From Rebecca billardiae RCC1528 (Eukaryota; Protista; Haptophyta), in contig OZ251235.1 of the NCBI GenBank assembly GCA_965240325.2, positions 496,001 to 560,000 on the forward strand: a stretch of 64,000 bases of DNA, in the 5' to 3' direction. Of this stretch, positions 55,055 to 64,000 are shown piece after piece. How positions within the stretch are numbered: the stretch's first letter is position 1; each line of letters opens with the position of its first letter. A program made the position numbers and the translations under genes. A model generated the notes under the pieces. That model had not been told where the DNA came from. It was given only the letters and a program-made list of their open reading frames with translations, and did no database searches.

Positions 55055-55669
55055 ATGTTCACGCCCTTGTGCACGGTCCTGCTCGCGTCGACGTCGCCAC
55101 GATCGGCCCTTCAGCTGACCCGGCGTAGCAGCGTGCTGGGTGCCGTGGCAGCTGGCACCTCGCTCGTGCGCACGCGGCCAGCCGTGGCCGATGGCGCCAC
55201 CAGCATGTTCAAGGACGATTTTACTGGCGTGCAGTTTGCGTACCCGTCGGACTGGCTGTTCGAGCAGAAGAAAATGGATTTCAGCGTTGTCCCCATCCCG
55301 ATCGTCGCTAGCAAGGAACGGCCGTCTACGAACGCGTTCCTCTCCATCACGCCCATCAGGGGTGACTTTGGCTCGCTCGGCTCGTTTGGCAACCCTGGCG
55401 ACGTGCTTGTCACGCTGGTCCCGCCACCAGGCACACCGGGCGTGAAGTCGGAAGTCTTGAGCTCAGTGAGCACGGGATCGACCTATGAGTTCGACTACAT
55501 CCTACGCTTCGATACCGGCGTGTCGCGCCACCTGCGCACGGCCGTCGGCCTGACCCATGCCTCCAATGGCTCGGATTTCCTCATCACACTTACCTGTCAG
55601 GCGCTCGAGGCGGATTACTCATCGAGCAGCGCGCAGCTCGAAAGTATCCTCAAGTCGCTGAAGCTGTGA
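55055..55669 (+). CDS. PsbP-like thylakoid lumen protein
   Basis: Signal-like start, Tat motif TRR + hydrophobic stretch + AVA cleavage site, FAYPSDW, SLGSFGNP, YEFDY. Confidence 0.8.
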   Translation: MFTPLCTVLLASTSPRSALQLTRRSSVLGAVAAGTSLVRTRPAVADGATSMFKDDFTGVQFAYPSDWLFEQKKMDFSVVPIPIVASKERPSTNAFLSITPIRGDFGSLGSFGNPGDVLVTLVPPPGTPGVKSEVLSSVSTGSTYEFDYILRFDTGVSRHLRTAVGLTHASNGSDFLITLTCQALEADYSSSSAQLESILKSLKL

Positions 55670-56105
55670 GACGCATGCTCATGAGCATGCGACGCCGCGT
55701 ATACGACTGACGGCTCCGTGCATGCGGCTGATGTGGTTCACTTCTCATCACGCCCGCAATGGGCCCATGCGGCAGCGCAGGCGGTTCCGACTTGGCGGAT
55801 CGCGGCTCAGCCTTTAGGATGATTCCCTGACTGCTGATGGCCTGATGTTGTTGGCACCACTAGGACTGCTCAGAGGCAGTGCAGTAGCGGCCAGTCCGGA
55901 TCCGCCGATGCCATACGGTATATATGTATATATATCAAGAGAGAGAGTATATTGAGTTTGCGAACTGGCAGCAGTAGCTTGAAACTACACTGCGATTTGA
56001 ACAGCAGGCGCAACACTGTCACTCGCCAGTGCGCTTCATCAATGCCTCAAGACTCAAAGAGTAGTGATTCGGTTCGTGCCCACGCTCGCAGCGCGGCTCG
56101 GCAGC

Positions 56106-56996
56106 TCATGCGCTCGGCAGGACCGTGCTGTGCCGACGCTGATGCGGCCACCCCGAGATGTACCGGAGCATCCGCCACGGGTTATGCCGTGCGAGCTGGT
56201 AGTGGCTCATCAGCCTCTGCCGTAGATGCCTGCCCCTCCGCAACGCGCCCGCTTCGGCGCCGCGCGCGACCCGCCGCGACGCTGCTGCCCGCCCCTGGCC
56301 GTGCTGCTGCGCCGCTTGCCGCTGCAGGAGGAGGCCCAACCGCAACCACGGCTCCGAGACGACCGTGATCCCGCGAGCCGCCGCCTTGCGCACGAGCTGC
56401 GTCTTGAAGCGTACCGCACGGTCAGTCGCGACGACATAGCGCACGCGCTTGTTCACCGTCGGCGACACGTCGCAGCCGTGGCTGCGGATCAGCTCGATCA
56501 GAGCATCGCGGCTCGGAGAGAAGTTGCCGGTCAGCGCGACGCGTGTCGAAGGGGCGATCGGCGTGGGTTCTGGGTCGTCAATCTCGCGCTTGTAGACTGG
56601 CGGCGGCTTACCCGCGCGCAGCCGCTCCAGTAAAGTCATGGGCTTTGCGCTTGGCTCGGTGCCACCTCCAATGGCGGCCTGAGCATCCGCATTCGATGGC
56701 TCGCGCTGGCCCTTTTCCTCCTCGTCGTCTCCGCTCACGCTCGCGTGCGCGGCGTCCTCTTGGCGGCGCTTGCTGATCATCGCCGCGAGCTCCTCCTTGG
56801 ATGGCCGCCGCTCCAGAAACTTGCGCAGGGCATCCTCCTTGTTCGACACGATCTTGCCGCCCGGCCATGCGATTCGGCGTCGCGGTTCGATCGGAGGGAC
56901 GTCGGGCGACGTGCTGAAGCGCTCGCGCCGAGCGTCCAGCTTCGCCTTTTGCTCCTCGAGGAAGCGCGCATCAACACGAATCGGGGGCGGCGGCAT
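56106..56996 (-). CDS. BRCT-domain protein with RPEL-like motif
   Basis: LRKFLERRPSKEEL (RPEL-like); VALTGNF..SRDALIELIRSHG...V.K.VRYVVA...KA...GITVVSEPWL (BRCT). 3' end uncertain. Confidence 0.65.
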   Translation of the reverse strand: MPPPPIRVDARFLEEQKAKLDARRERFSTSPDVPPIEPRRRIAWPGGKIVSNKEDALRKFLERRPSKEELAAMISKRRQEDAAHASVSGDDEEEKGQREPSNADAQAAIGGGTEPSAKPMTLLERLRAGKPPPVYKREIDDPEPTPIAPSTRVALTGNFSPSRDALIELIRSHGCDVSPTVNKRVRYVVATDRAVRFKTQLVRKAAARGITVVSEPWLRLGLLLQRQAAQQHGQGRAAASRRVARGAEAGALRRGRHLRQRLMSHYQLARHNPWRMLRYISGWPHQRRHSTVLPSA

Positions 56997-57150
56997 GCGG
57001 TAGGCTATGCGGCACGGCGCCGACGGCGGAGTCACGCCCGTGAGGCGACGGAGCGCGCGACTGCCCGCGTCGTCGTCGCAGTGGATGCCGGTCTGCACTC
57101 TGCCCTCTGCCGGATCCTCACGACAATGGCGGCCGGCCAAAGACAGAGCC

Positions 57151-58125
57151 ATGGAGGCCATCACATTGCTGGCTGTCGTTCTGGTTTCCGTTGTCGCCGT
57201 CGCGCGTCGGCGGCTTCTCGGCTGGTGGGTGGACCCGCACGTGGAGCTCAGGCGCGACATGCGTGGCCGCACGGTGGTGGTCACCGGCGGCACGTGTGAC
57301 AGCTTGGGCGCGCACGTTGCCGCGCTGCTGGCGGGCTTGGGCGCACGGGTGATCGTGACCACGCGCACCAAGGCGAAAGGCCTGGACGCGTGCGAACGAG
57401 TCGCCGATGCCGCAGCATCAGGTGGCTCGTGCGAGTTCGTCCTCATGGACCTGCTCTCGGACGCATCCGTCCGCCGGGCAGCCGCGGAGATTGCCGCCCG
57501 TCTGAGAGGTGCGCCGCTCGATGTGCTGGTCCTGAACGCCGGCACGCTCTTCGGCACGCCGGCCGACATCTTCCAGGCCAACTATCTCGGCCACTTCCGC
57601 CTCGTCGAGCTCCTACGCCCGCACCTCCTTGGCGCGGCGCGGACGCACGGCGATGTGCGCGTGATTGCTCTCTCGTCCGACACGCACGTGCATGCAGCAA
57701 TCGACCACGACAGCCCGTTCGAGCCGCGCACGGGCGGCCCTTACATGCAGAGCAAGCTCGCGGCCATCATGCACATGCGCGAGCTCCAACGGCGCATGTG
57801 CATCGAGGCGGGTGGCCACGTCGAGCCCCACGCGATCAAGTGCGTGAGCGTGCACCCAGGCTTCACAGCGACAGGCATCTTGCAGCTGACATGGTGGATG
57901 CGGCCGCTGCGGCCCCTGCTCTTCTGCCTGAGCAGATCTGTGCGCTCGGGTGCGCGTGGCGTTGCGCTCCTCGCGTGCGCCAGCGATATCACTGGCGGCT
58001 CGTTCTATGCTAACTTTGCGCGTTGCGCCTCGCGGGGCCTCGGCGGCTGCTCGAACGATCCGAGGGAGTGCTCGCGGCTGTGGCTGCTGAGCGAGCGCTG
58101 CCTTGAGGAAAGCAGACACCCGTAG
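57151..58125 (+). CDS. Short-chain dehydrogenase/reductase (RDH12/WWOX-like)
   Basis: N-terminal TM helix, VVVTGG...LG, LVLNAG, NYLGHF, YMQSK, VHPG. Confidence 0.9.
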   Translation: MEAITLLAVVLVSVVAVARRRLLGWWVDPHVELRRDMRGRTVVVTGGTCDSLGAHVAALLAGLGARVIVTTRTKAKGLDACERVADAAASGGSCEFVLMDLLSDASVRRAAAEIAARLRGAPLDVLVLNAGTLFGTPADIFQANYLGHFRLVELLRPHLLGAARTHGDVRVIALSSDTHVHAAIDHDSPFEPRTGGPYMQSKLAAIMHMRELQRRMCIEAGGHVEPHAIKCVSVHPGFTATGILQLTWWMRPLRPLLFCLSRSVRSGARGVALLACASDITGGSFYANFARCASRGLGGCSNDPRECSRLWLLSERCLEESRHP

Positions 58126-58326
58126 CGATAAGCGAGTCGCTGATGCGATGGCTACGCACATGGTGGCCAAAGCTATGCCACATGAGGCGATCGCCTGCAC
58201 GCGAATATTGCGAGCAGGCGCACGGACCTGCACCAGCTAGTCTCTCCGTCGCAATAAAGTGCGGCAGGACTCTCCGACTCTAGCCCCAGGGCCAGGCAGC
58301 CCAGGCTGACCCTCGGTCCTAGGTTT

Positions 58327-58696
58327 ACTGTACTGTACTACTGTACTGTGCCTGCCTGAGCTGTGTGCGTCTCTTATTCTTATTAGTAAACTGTACTGTA
58401 CTGTACTGTACTGTACTCGGTACCGTGTAGTTACTGTACTGTATTAATACAATCTCGCCTGCTGCCTGAGCTGTGTGCGTCTCTTATTCTTAGTAAACTG
58501 TACTGTATACTGTACTGTACTGTACTGTACTGTACTGTACTGTACTGTACTGTACTGTACTGTACTGTACTGTACTGTACTGTACTGTACTGTACTGTAC
58601 TGTACTGTACTGTACTGTACTGTACTGTACTGTATTCTGTACTGTACTGTACTGTTGTACTGTAGAGGCCCCTACCGTATCCCCAGACTGTACTGT
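58327..58696. repeat. (CTGTA)n pentanucleotide array with two embedded MITE right ends (58351-58393, 58451-58500)
   Basis: CCTGAGCTGTGTGCGTCTCTTATTCT..TAGTAAACTG is directly followed by TACTG repeats. Confidence 0.9.
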
Positions 58697-58827
58697 CAGC
58701 ACTGTATGGGGGTTACTGGGCAAATGCTGTGGTGCAATCGCAAGCCGCCCTGCTTCGAGACGCGCGTCGTCGGGGTGCCGACGAGCCGCTGCGTTGCCAA
58801 CGGCAAGAGCGCCGCCGCTGCGCCCAA

Positions 58828-61445
58828 ATGCGCGTCTACGTGCACTACGAAGAGCGCGAGCCGCTGCACACGCTCGCGCTGCGATGGGACGAGGCCCACG
58901 AGGGCACGCTCGACCACGCCCTCGAGCTCTTCGTCGCCGAGTACAACGCCAAGCACCCGGAGCACGCTCTGGCGCGCGACGACCTCGGCGTGTACGACGC
59001 GGGCGGCCTCGCGCTGCCGGGCGCGCATCGGCTGATGGCGCGCGTGCGCGACGCGGCCGACCTGTTCGTGAAGGCGCGTGACGACAGCACCGAGCCCGTG
59101 CAGCCGCGGGTGGGCGCCTCCGACGGCGCGCTCGTGTCGCACGCGCCCGCGCCGAGCGCGTCGGCCGTCTCGGCGGCGTCAGCATCCGCCTCGAGCGGCG
59201 CGACGTCGGCGACGGCTGCGGAGGGCAGCGCAGAGCCGGCGAGCTCGCGCACGGCGAGCACCGTCGCTGCGCCGCCCGGCCCGTCCGCCGCCGCCGCCAC
59301 CGCCGCCCCGCCGCCCGCGGACGACGGGCGCGCGCGGCAGCTGAAGGCGCACGCGCTCGAGGGCGAGCGCGCGTTCAAGGGCAAGCAGTACCGCGCGGCG
59401 AGGGAGGCGTTCCTGAAGGTGGTGGAGCACAACCCGCGGCACCGCGCGGCGCTGTCGCGCCTCGCCGAGATCGAGACGTACTGCGAGCGCCACGCCTCCG
59501 CCGTCGCGCTCCTCGAGACCGCGTGCGACGCGGCGCGCTCGGCGGCCGCGAGCTCGTCGACCACCCCGCTGCTGCTCTCGAGGCTCGGCGACGCGCACCT
59601 GGGCCTCGGGCACGCGGCGGAGGCGGTGCGCGCGTACCGCGAGGCGCTCGAGCTGTGCCCCGAGGGCGAGGGCGGCGCGCCCGGCGCCACGCGCCGCGAG
59701 CGCCTCATGGTCAAGCTCGGCCGCGCGCTGTACGCCTCGGGCGAGCGCAAGGGCGGCGCAGACGTGTTCATGGGCGTGCTGCAGCGCACGGACAACGAGC
59801 TGCCCGAGGCGCTGCAGGAGTACGCCGCGGTGGCGCTGGACTGCGGGCAGCTCGAGGACTCGCTCAAGGTGTACCTCCGCCTCGTCGCGAAGCGCTCGAG
59901 CGACAAGGACGTCCGCGCCGGCCTCGGCAGGGCGCTCGCCGCCGACACGACCGGATCGGAGCTGCTCGCGCAGCTGCCGCCCACGGCCGCGTCCGCGCCC
60001 GCGTACGCCTTCCTGGCGACGGTCGCCAAGGACAACTCGCACCTCGCCGCGGCGGAGCGGCTGTACCGCGTCGCGACGCAGCACGCGCCGAGCAGCGCGT
60101 CGTACGCGCTCAACCTGATGCACGTGCTCGAGCTCGAGCTCGAGTACGACAAGGCGCTCGACGTGCTCGCCGCCTTTCTGCGCGCGCAGGACGCGGCGCG
60201 CGCCGTGGGCGGCGACGGGCTCACGTGCGGCGCGGCGCTGCGCGCGCTCGAGGGCTCGGGCGCGCTGCGCGCGGCGCCCGAGCTCGAGGGCGCGGCGGGC
60301 GCGGCGGATGACGACGGCCTGCCGCCGCCGCCGCCGCTGCTCGAGCGCGCCGGCGAGGACTTGCCCAAGAGCGGGCCGCTCTCGGCGGAGGGCGCGGCGG
60401 GCGAGGCGGCGGTTGCGGCGCGGCTCGGCGGCGCCGAGGCGCTCGGCGGGCTCGGCGGCGGCGCGCCCGACGAGGCGAGCACCGGCGCGTCGGGGTACTC
60501 GGCGGCCGAGCTCGACCTGCTCGGGCTGCTGCTCACGGCGGTGAAGATCTGCTACGTGCAGGGCAAGCTCCGCGCGCTGCCCGCGCTGGTCAACCTGATC
60601 GAGCCTGCGCGCGCAGGGCGGCAGCTGCACACGAGCTTTGTGCGCAACGAGCATGCGTACTACTGCTGCGTCGCGCAGCTGCTGCCGCACCACGGCTGGC
60701 CGGCGCTGCGGCTGCCGGCGCACGAGCGCGTGGTGCACGTGCTGGGCGACTCGCACTGCCTCTCGCACGGCTGGCAGCGCGTCACGCTCGGCGGGCGGGG
60801 CGCGCTGCTGCGCCCCGTGCTCGTGACGGGCCTCAAGGCGTGGCACCTGCGGCCGCAGAGCACCTTCTTCCCGAAGGCCAACTTTGAGAACGCGGCCGCC
60901 ACGCTGCCCAAGGGCGCGACCGCCGTCGTGCTCTTCGGCGAGATCGACTGCCGCGAGTCGCTGCTGCTGTGCGTCGAGCGTGCGCGGTACGAATCGATCG
61001 AGGAGGGCGCGCGCGTCGTCATCGACATCTACGTGAACGCGCTGCTCGAGCTCGCGCGCTCGCGCTCGCTCGCGCGCGTCTGCGTGCACCCCGTGCCTCC
61101 CGTGCTCAACGAGACGCGCGCGGTGGTCTGCCTCTTCAACGGGCTGCTGCGCAAGAGGGTGCGCGCGCGCGCGGGGTGGTTGCGCGCGTGCGAGCTGTGC
61201 TCGGCACCACACCTCGCCTCTGATCCGCGCGCCCCACCACCCTCGCACGCCAGGTCGTCGGTGCAGGCGCGCCGCTCGTCTGGCTTGAAGGGCTCGACGA
61301 CGCGATGCTGGGCCATTCGGCGGGAAGCGACGAGCCCGCGCTCGCCGCAGACCTCGCGCTCGACGGCACGCACATGCACCCGCGCTGCGCCCAGCTGCTT
61401 GCGGAGGCAATGGAGCGCTGTGGGGTAGCAGCGGAGCAGGCGTGA
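58828..61445 (+). CDS. TPR-repeat protein with C-terminal SGNH-hydrolase-like domain (intron 61159-61253)
   Basis: Multiple TPRs; VLGDSH (block I), FGEIDCR, and DGTHMHP (DxxH) in the last exon. Confidence 0.75.
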
Positions 61446-61763
61446 CGGTGCCGCGCCCACGCGGGCGACGCGCCATCGTGCAAGCCAGATTCCTTTTTAA
61501 CCATTGGCGCCGCCGCCCCGGGCGGCCGGGCCCGTCCGCCGCCTGCGCTTATTGCTTACTTACTACTCAGGGTATCATAGTAATTGCTCGAACATGACCG
61601 GGTCCTCCCTTGACCGGGTAGAATCTTTTGCCGTAGCAAGCCCCGAACAGGCACCCTCGAGGAATCTAACTCATTTGCGGACGCGCGTGGAGGAGTGGTG
61701 CGGCGCCCCTTCGAGCCAACTGTCTCCTTGCTGTCCCCCACTACATCGGCGCCCACACATCGG

Positions 61764-62960
61764 ATGGCGGCGATCGGCATGCTCGGCGCTCGGACGCCGC
61801 ACGCGCTACCCTCAGCCGTCCACGACATGCCGTTGCCCCCTCGCGCCGCGGTTGGCGGCGCCGCCTCGCCCGCCGTGCACGCGGCGCTCGGCCGCTATAA
61901 CGTCAAGGGTGAGGATGCGCACCTGCTGAGCGAATCGGTCGAGCTCGAGCCCGGCCGCGTCGTGCACGTGTACGGCGTGTTCGACGGGCACGGCGGCCCG
62001 CGTGCCGCGAACTTCGCCGCTGCGCACGCCGTCAAGCGCCTCGTCGACGGTTACCAGGCGGCGAGCAAGGGCTGGGGCGCCAGCTCGCACGAGGCTCGGC
62101 TCGAGAGCGCGTGCCGCAGCGCGTTCGTCGGCCTCGACCAGGCGTTCATCGCGTCGAGCCCGGGCGCGCACGACGGCACCACCGCAACCGTCGCCATCGT
62201 GGACGCCGAGCGCATCACCGTCGCCAGCGTCGGCGACTCCACTGCGCGGCTGCTCGTGCGCAGCGCGGACGGGTCGGTGAGCGCCTTCCAGGCCTCGGCC
62301 GACCACCGCGTGGATCGGCGAGATGCGGCGGAGGAGGCGCGGGTCCTCGCGGCCGGCGCGCAGATCGGGCGCGTGAAGGGCCGCGACGGCAAGCCGGTCG
62401 GCCCGGAGCGCCTCTACCCCGGCGCGCTGGCCGTCTCGCGCTCGATCGGCGACGCGGACGCGGGCCAGGCCGCCATCGCCACCCCGGAGGTGCACACGCA
62501 CTCGTTCCCTGCGCACGGCGGCGTGCTGCTGCTCGCGACGGACGGGGTGTGGGACTTTGCGAAGGAGGCCACCGTCGACCAGCTGTGCGGGGTCGCGCTC
62601 TCGCGCTCGCTCAGCCCGAAGTGGCTCGCGCACTCGCTGATGGAGAAGGCGAGGCCTGCGAACGCCGGCGAGGACGACGCGACACTGATCGCCGTCCTCC
62701 TCGGCGTGCCGAGCGCGGCGCAGGACGGGAGCGCCGGCTCCGCCAAGTCGGCGAGGGAGAGCGTCGGCGCGCGCATCAAGTCGCTCTTCGGCCGGACGCG
62801 CTCGCACGAGACGCGCTCTGTGCCCGACAGCCCTCGCGCTGCCGATGCCTCGGGCCGCCATGTTCGCCAGTCGGACCCGCCCACCTCCCCGAGCACCGGT
62901 GGCAGCAGCCACGGTCGGCGCAGGGCGCTCCGGCTCTCGCTCGGCGGTGGGCAGAGGTGA
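61764..62960 (+). CDS. Protein phosphatase 2C (PPM family)
   Basis: KGED, GVFDGHGG, DGTTA, SVGDS, DHR, LAVSRSIGD, ATDGVWD, EDDAT. Confidence 0.95.
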   Translation: MAAIGMLGARTPHALPSAVHDMPLPPRAAVGGAASPAVHAALGRYNVKGEDAHLLSESVELEPGRVVHVYGVFDGHGGPRAANFAAAHAVKRLVDGYQAASKGWGASSHEARLESACRSAFVGLDQAFIASSPGAHDGTTATVAIVDAERITVASVGDSTARLLVRSADGSVSAFQASADHRVDRRDAAEEARVLAAGAQIGRVKGRDGKPVGPERLYPGALAVSRSIGDADAGQAAIATPEVHTHSFPAHGGVLLLATDGVWDFAKEATVDQLCGVALSRSLSPKWLAHSLMEKARPANAGEDDATLIAVLLGVPSAAQDGSAGSAKSARESVGARIKSLFGRTRSHETRSVPDSPRAADASGRHVRQSDPPTSPSTGGSSHGRRRALRLSLGGGQR

Positions 62961-63350
62961 TCAGCCCGCCGGCGCGTGTGCGACGTCGCGAGCCGTCACG
63001 TGGGCTGCTGCATCAGCTAGCGGCTCAGGGCGGTCTCGTGCTTCGGCACGAACGATCGATCGGCGCCGTTGGTCACTGGCTTCATCCGCAACTCTAGCAG
63101 TTCTCGTCGGACAGCGCGTTAGCCGTAATCAGCCGCATGTGACTCGGACAGCCAAGCCCCCCCACCGGCAGCCTGGCCTCTGAGGCTCTGACTGCCCAGG
63201 CCGTGGACAAGGCTTTGTACACTACGACTTAGTACACTGTAGTGTAACTGCTAAGTAAAGACCGAGTTGAGACTGTAATAAGTATATATATGGCGCATGA
63301 CTTTGTTGCATATTAGCCCATCGAGTACTATGGTGCCAACGTACATGATA

Positions 63351-63403
63351 CAGTTTACTAAGAGTAAGAATAAGAGACGCACACAGCTCAGGCAGGCGAG
63401 ATT
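63351..63403 (-). mobile_element. Right end of the CAGTTTACTA MITE family
   Basis: TA|CAGTTTACTAAGAGTAAGAATAAGAGACGCACACAGCTCAGGCAGGCGAGATT is the reverse complement of the 5681-5725 / 58451-58500 motif with a short duplication. Confidence 0.8.
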
Positions 63404-64000
63404 GACGCCCGCCAACTGTCACCGCCCATGAAGCCGTCGCCGATGGTAGCGCCGCCGGAAAATTCGTTCAGCCGTCCGCCTGGCGCCTGCGAGTGCGAGG
63501 CTGAGCGAGGCGACTGCGGATGAGGGCTGCGGCCGCCTCGCGGCGCGCCAGCGCCCGTCGTCCTCGCCCCACCGTCGTCCACAAAACGTCGTCGTCCGAT
63601 GACTGCATGACCGGTCATCGACAATGTTGCTTGATGAGCACAGATGAAGATGATGACATGGTCCAATAACAGTCATCATCATCTTATTCGTCATCAACTT
63701 CAACACTACTGATGACAATGCTTGAGTTTTATTTCGCGCTGATGGCTTTTTTCGTAAATTGGCGGTGTCATTGATGACGACAAGTCGACAATGGCGGCGG
63801 CGCGGCGCGTATTTCCGCTCGCGCGCCGGACCCCGGCCGACGAGCACGGGCGGCAGCGGGGGACGACGAGTGCAAGCGGCTCGTGTTGGCGCGGGCGGCC
63901 GGGCGTGCGCACTGGAGGTGGCGTGCGCTGGAGCGAGCGCGATGAAGGACCCGTCCGCCCACCCAGATGTGACGGCCATCAAGCAGGAGGCTGGCGACGC

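Noticed and set aside
44741-62912. Many long Arg/Ala/Pro-rich overlapping or antisense ORFs (e.g. 44770..47271, 48776..50893, 59179..61476)
   Set aside because: Expected in very GC-rich DNA with few stop codons; they overlap recognised genes and show no motifs.
63790-64000. Possible gene start at the right edge of the window
   Set aside because: Too short and truncated to assign frame or product.

Overview
GC-rich, intron-containing eukaryotic nuclear DNA. The PsbP-like lumen protein, short GC-rich GT-AG introns and compact gene spacing suggest a secondary-plastid alga such as a haptophyte (inference). About 20 host genes lie largely in tight head-to-head pairs separated by AT-rich, microsatellite-filled spacers: DAP3/mS29, an EEP nuclease, two sulfotransferase-like genes, ilvD, acid ceramidase/NAAA, TXNDC9, a CCDC92/74-like gene, PolX, APC7, TRAPPC12, an F-box gene, PsbP-like, a BRCT protein, an SDR, a TPR-SGNH protein and PP2C. 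A 20 kb transposon island (19.3-39.4 kb) holds two recent full-length Ty1/copia elements plus several MITEs. One copia carries about 4 kb of extra ORFs including a MYND finger. The other has a textbook -1 slippery site between protease and integrase. Both lack a tRNA primer-binding site and the integrase HHCC residues. The strongest candidate for an undescribed system is an intronless three-gene cluster at 44.8-50.2 kb: an SDR/alpha-beta-hydrolase fusion, a PhyH Fe/2OG dioxygenase and a bacterial-type GmaS/GlnT gamma-glutamylmethylamide synthetase. It may encode a eukaryotic methylamine-nitrogen assimilation route. All family calls are by motif recognition only; no searches were run.
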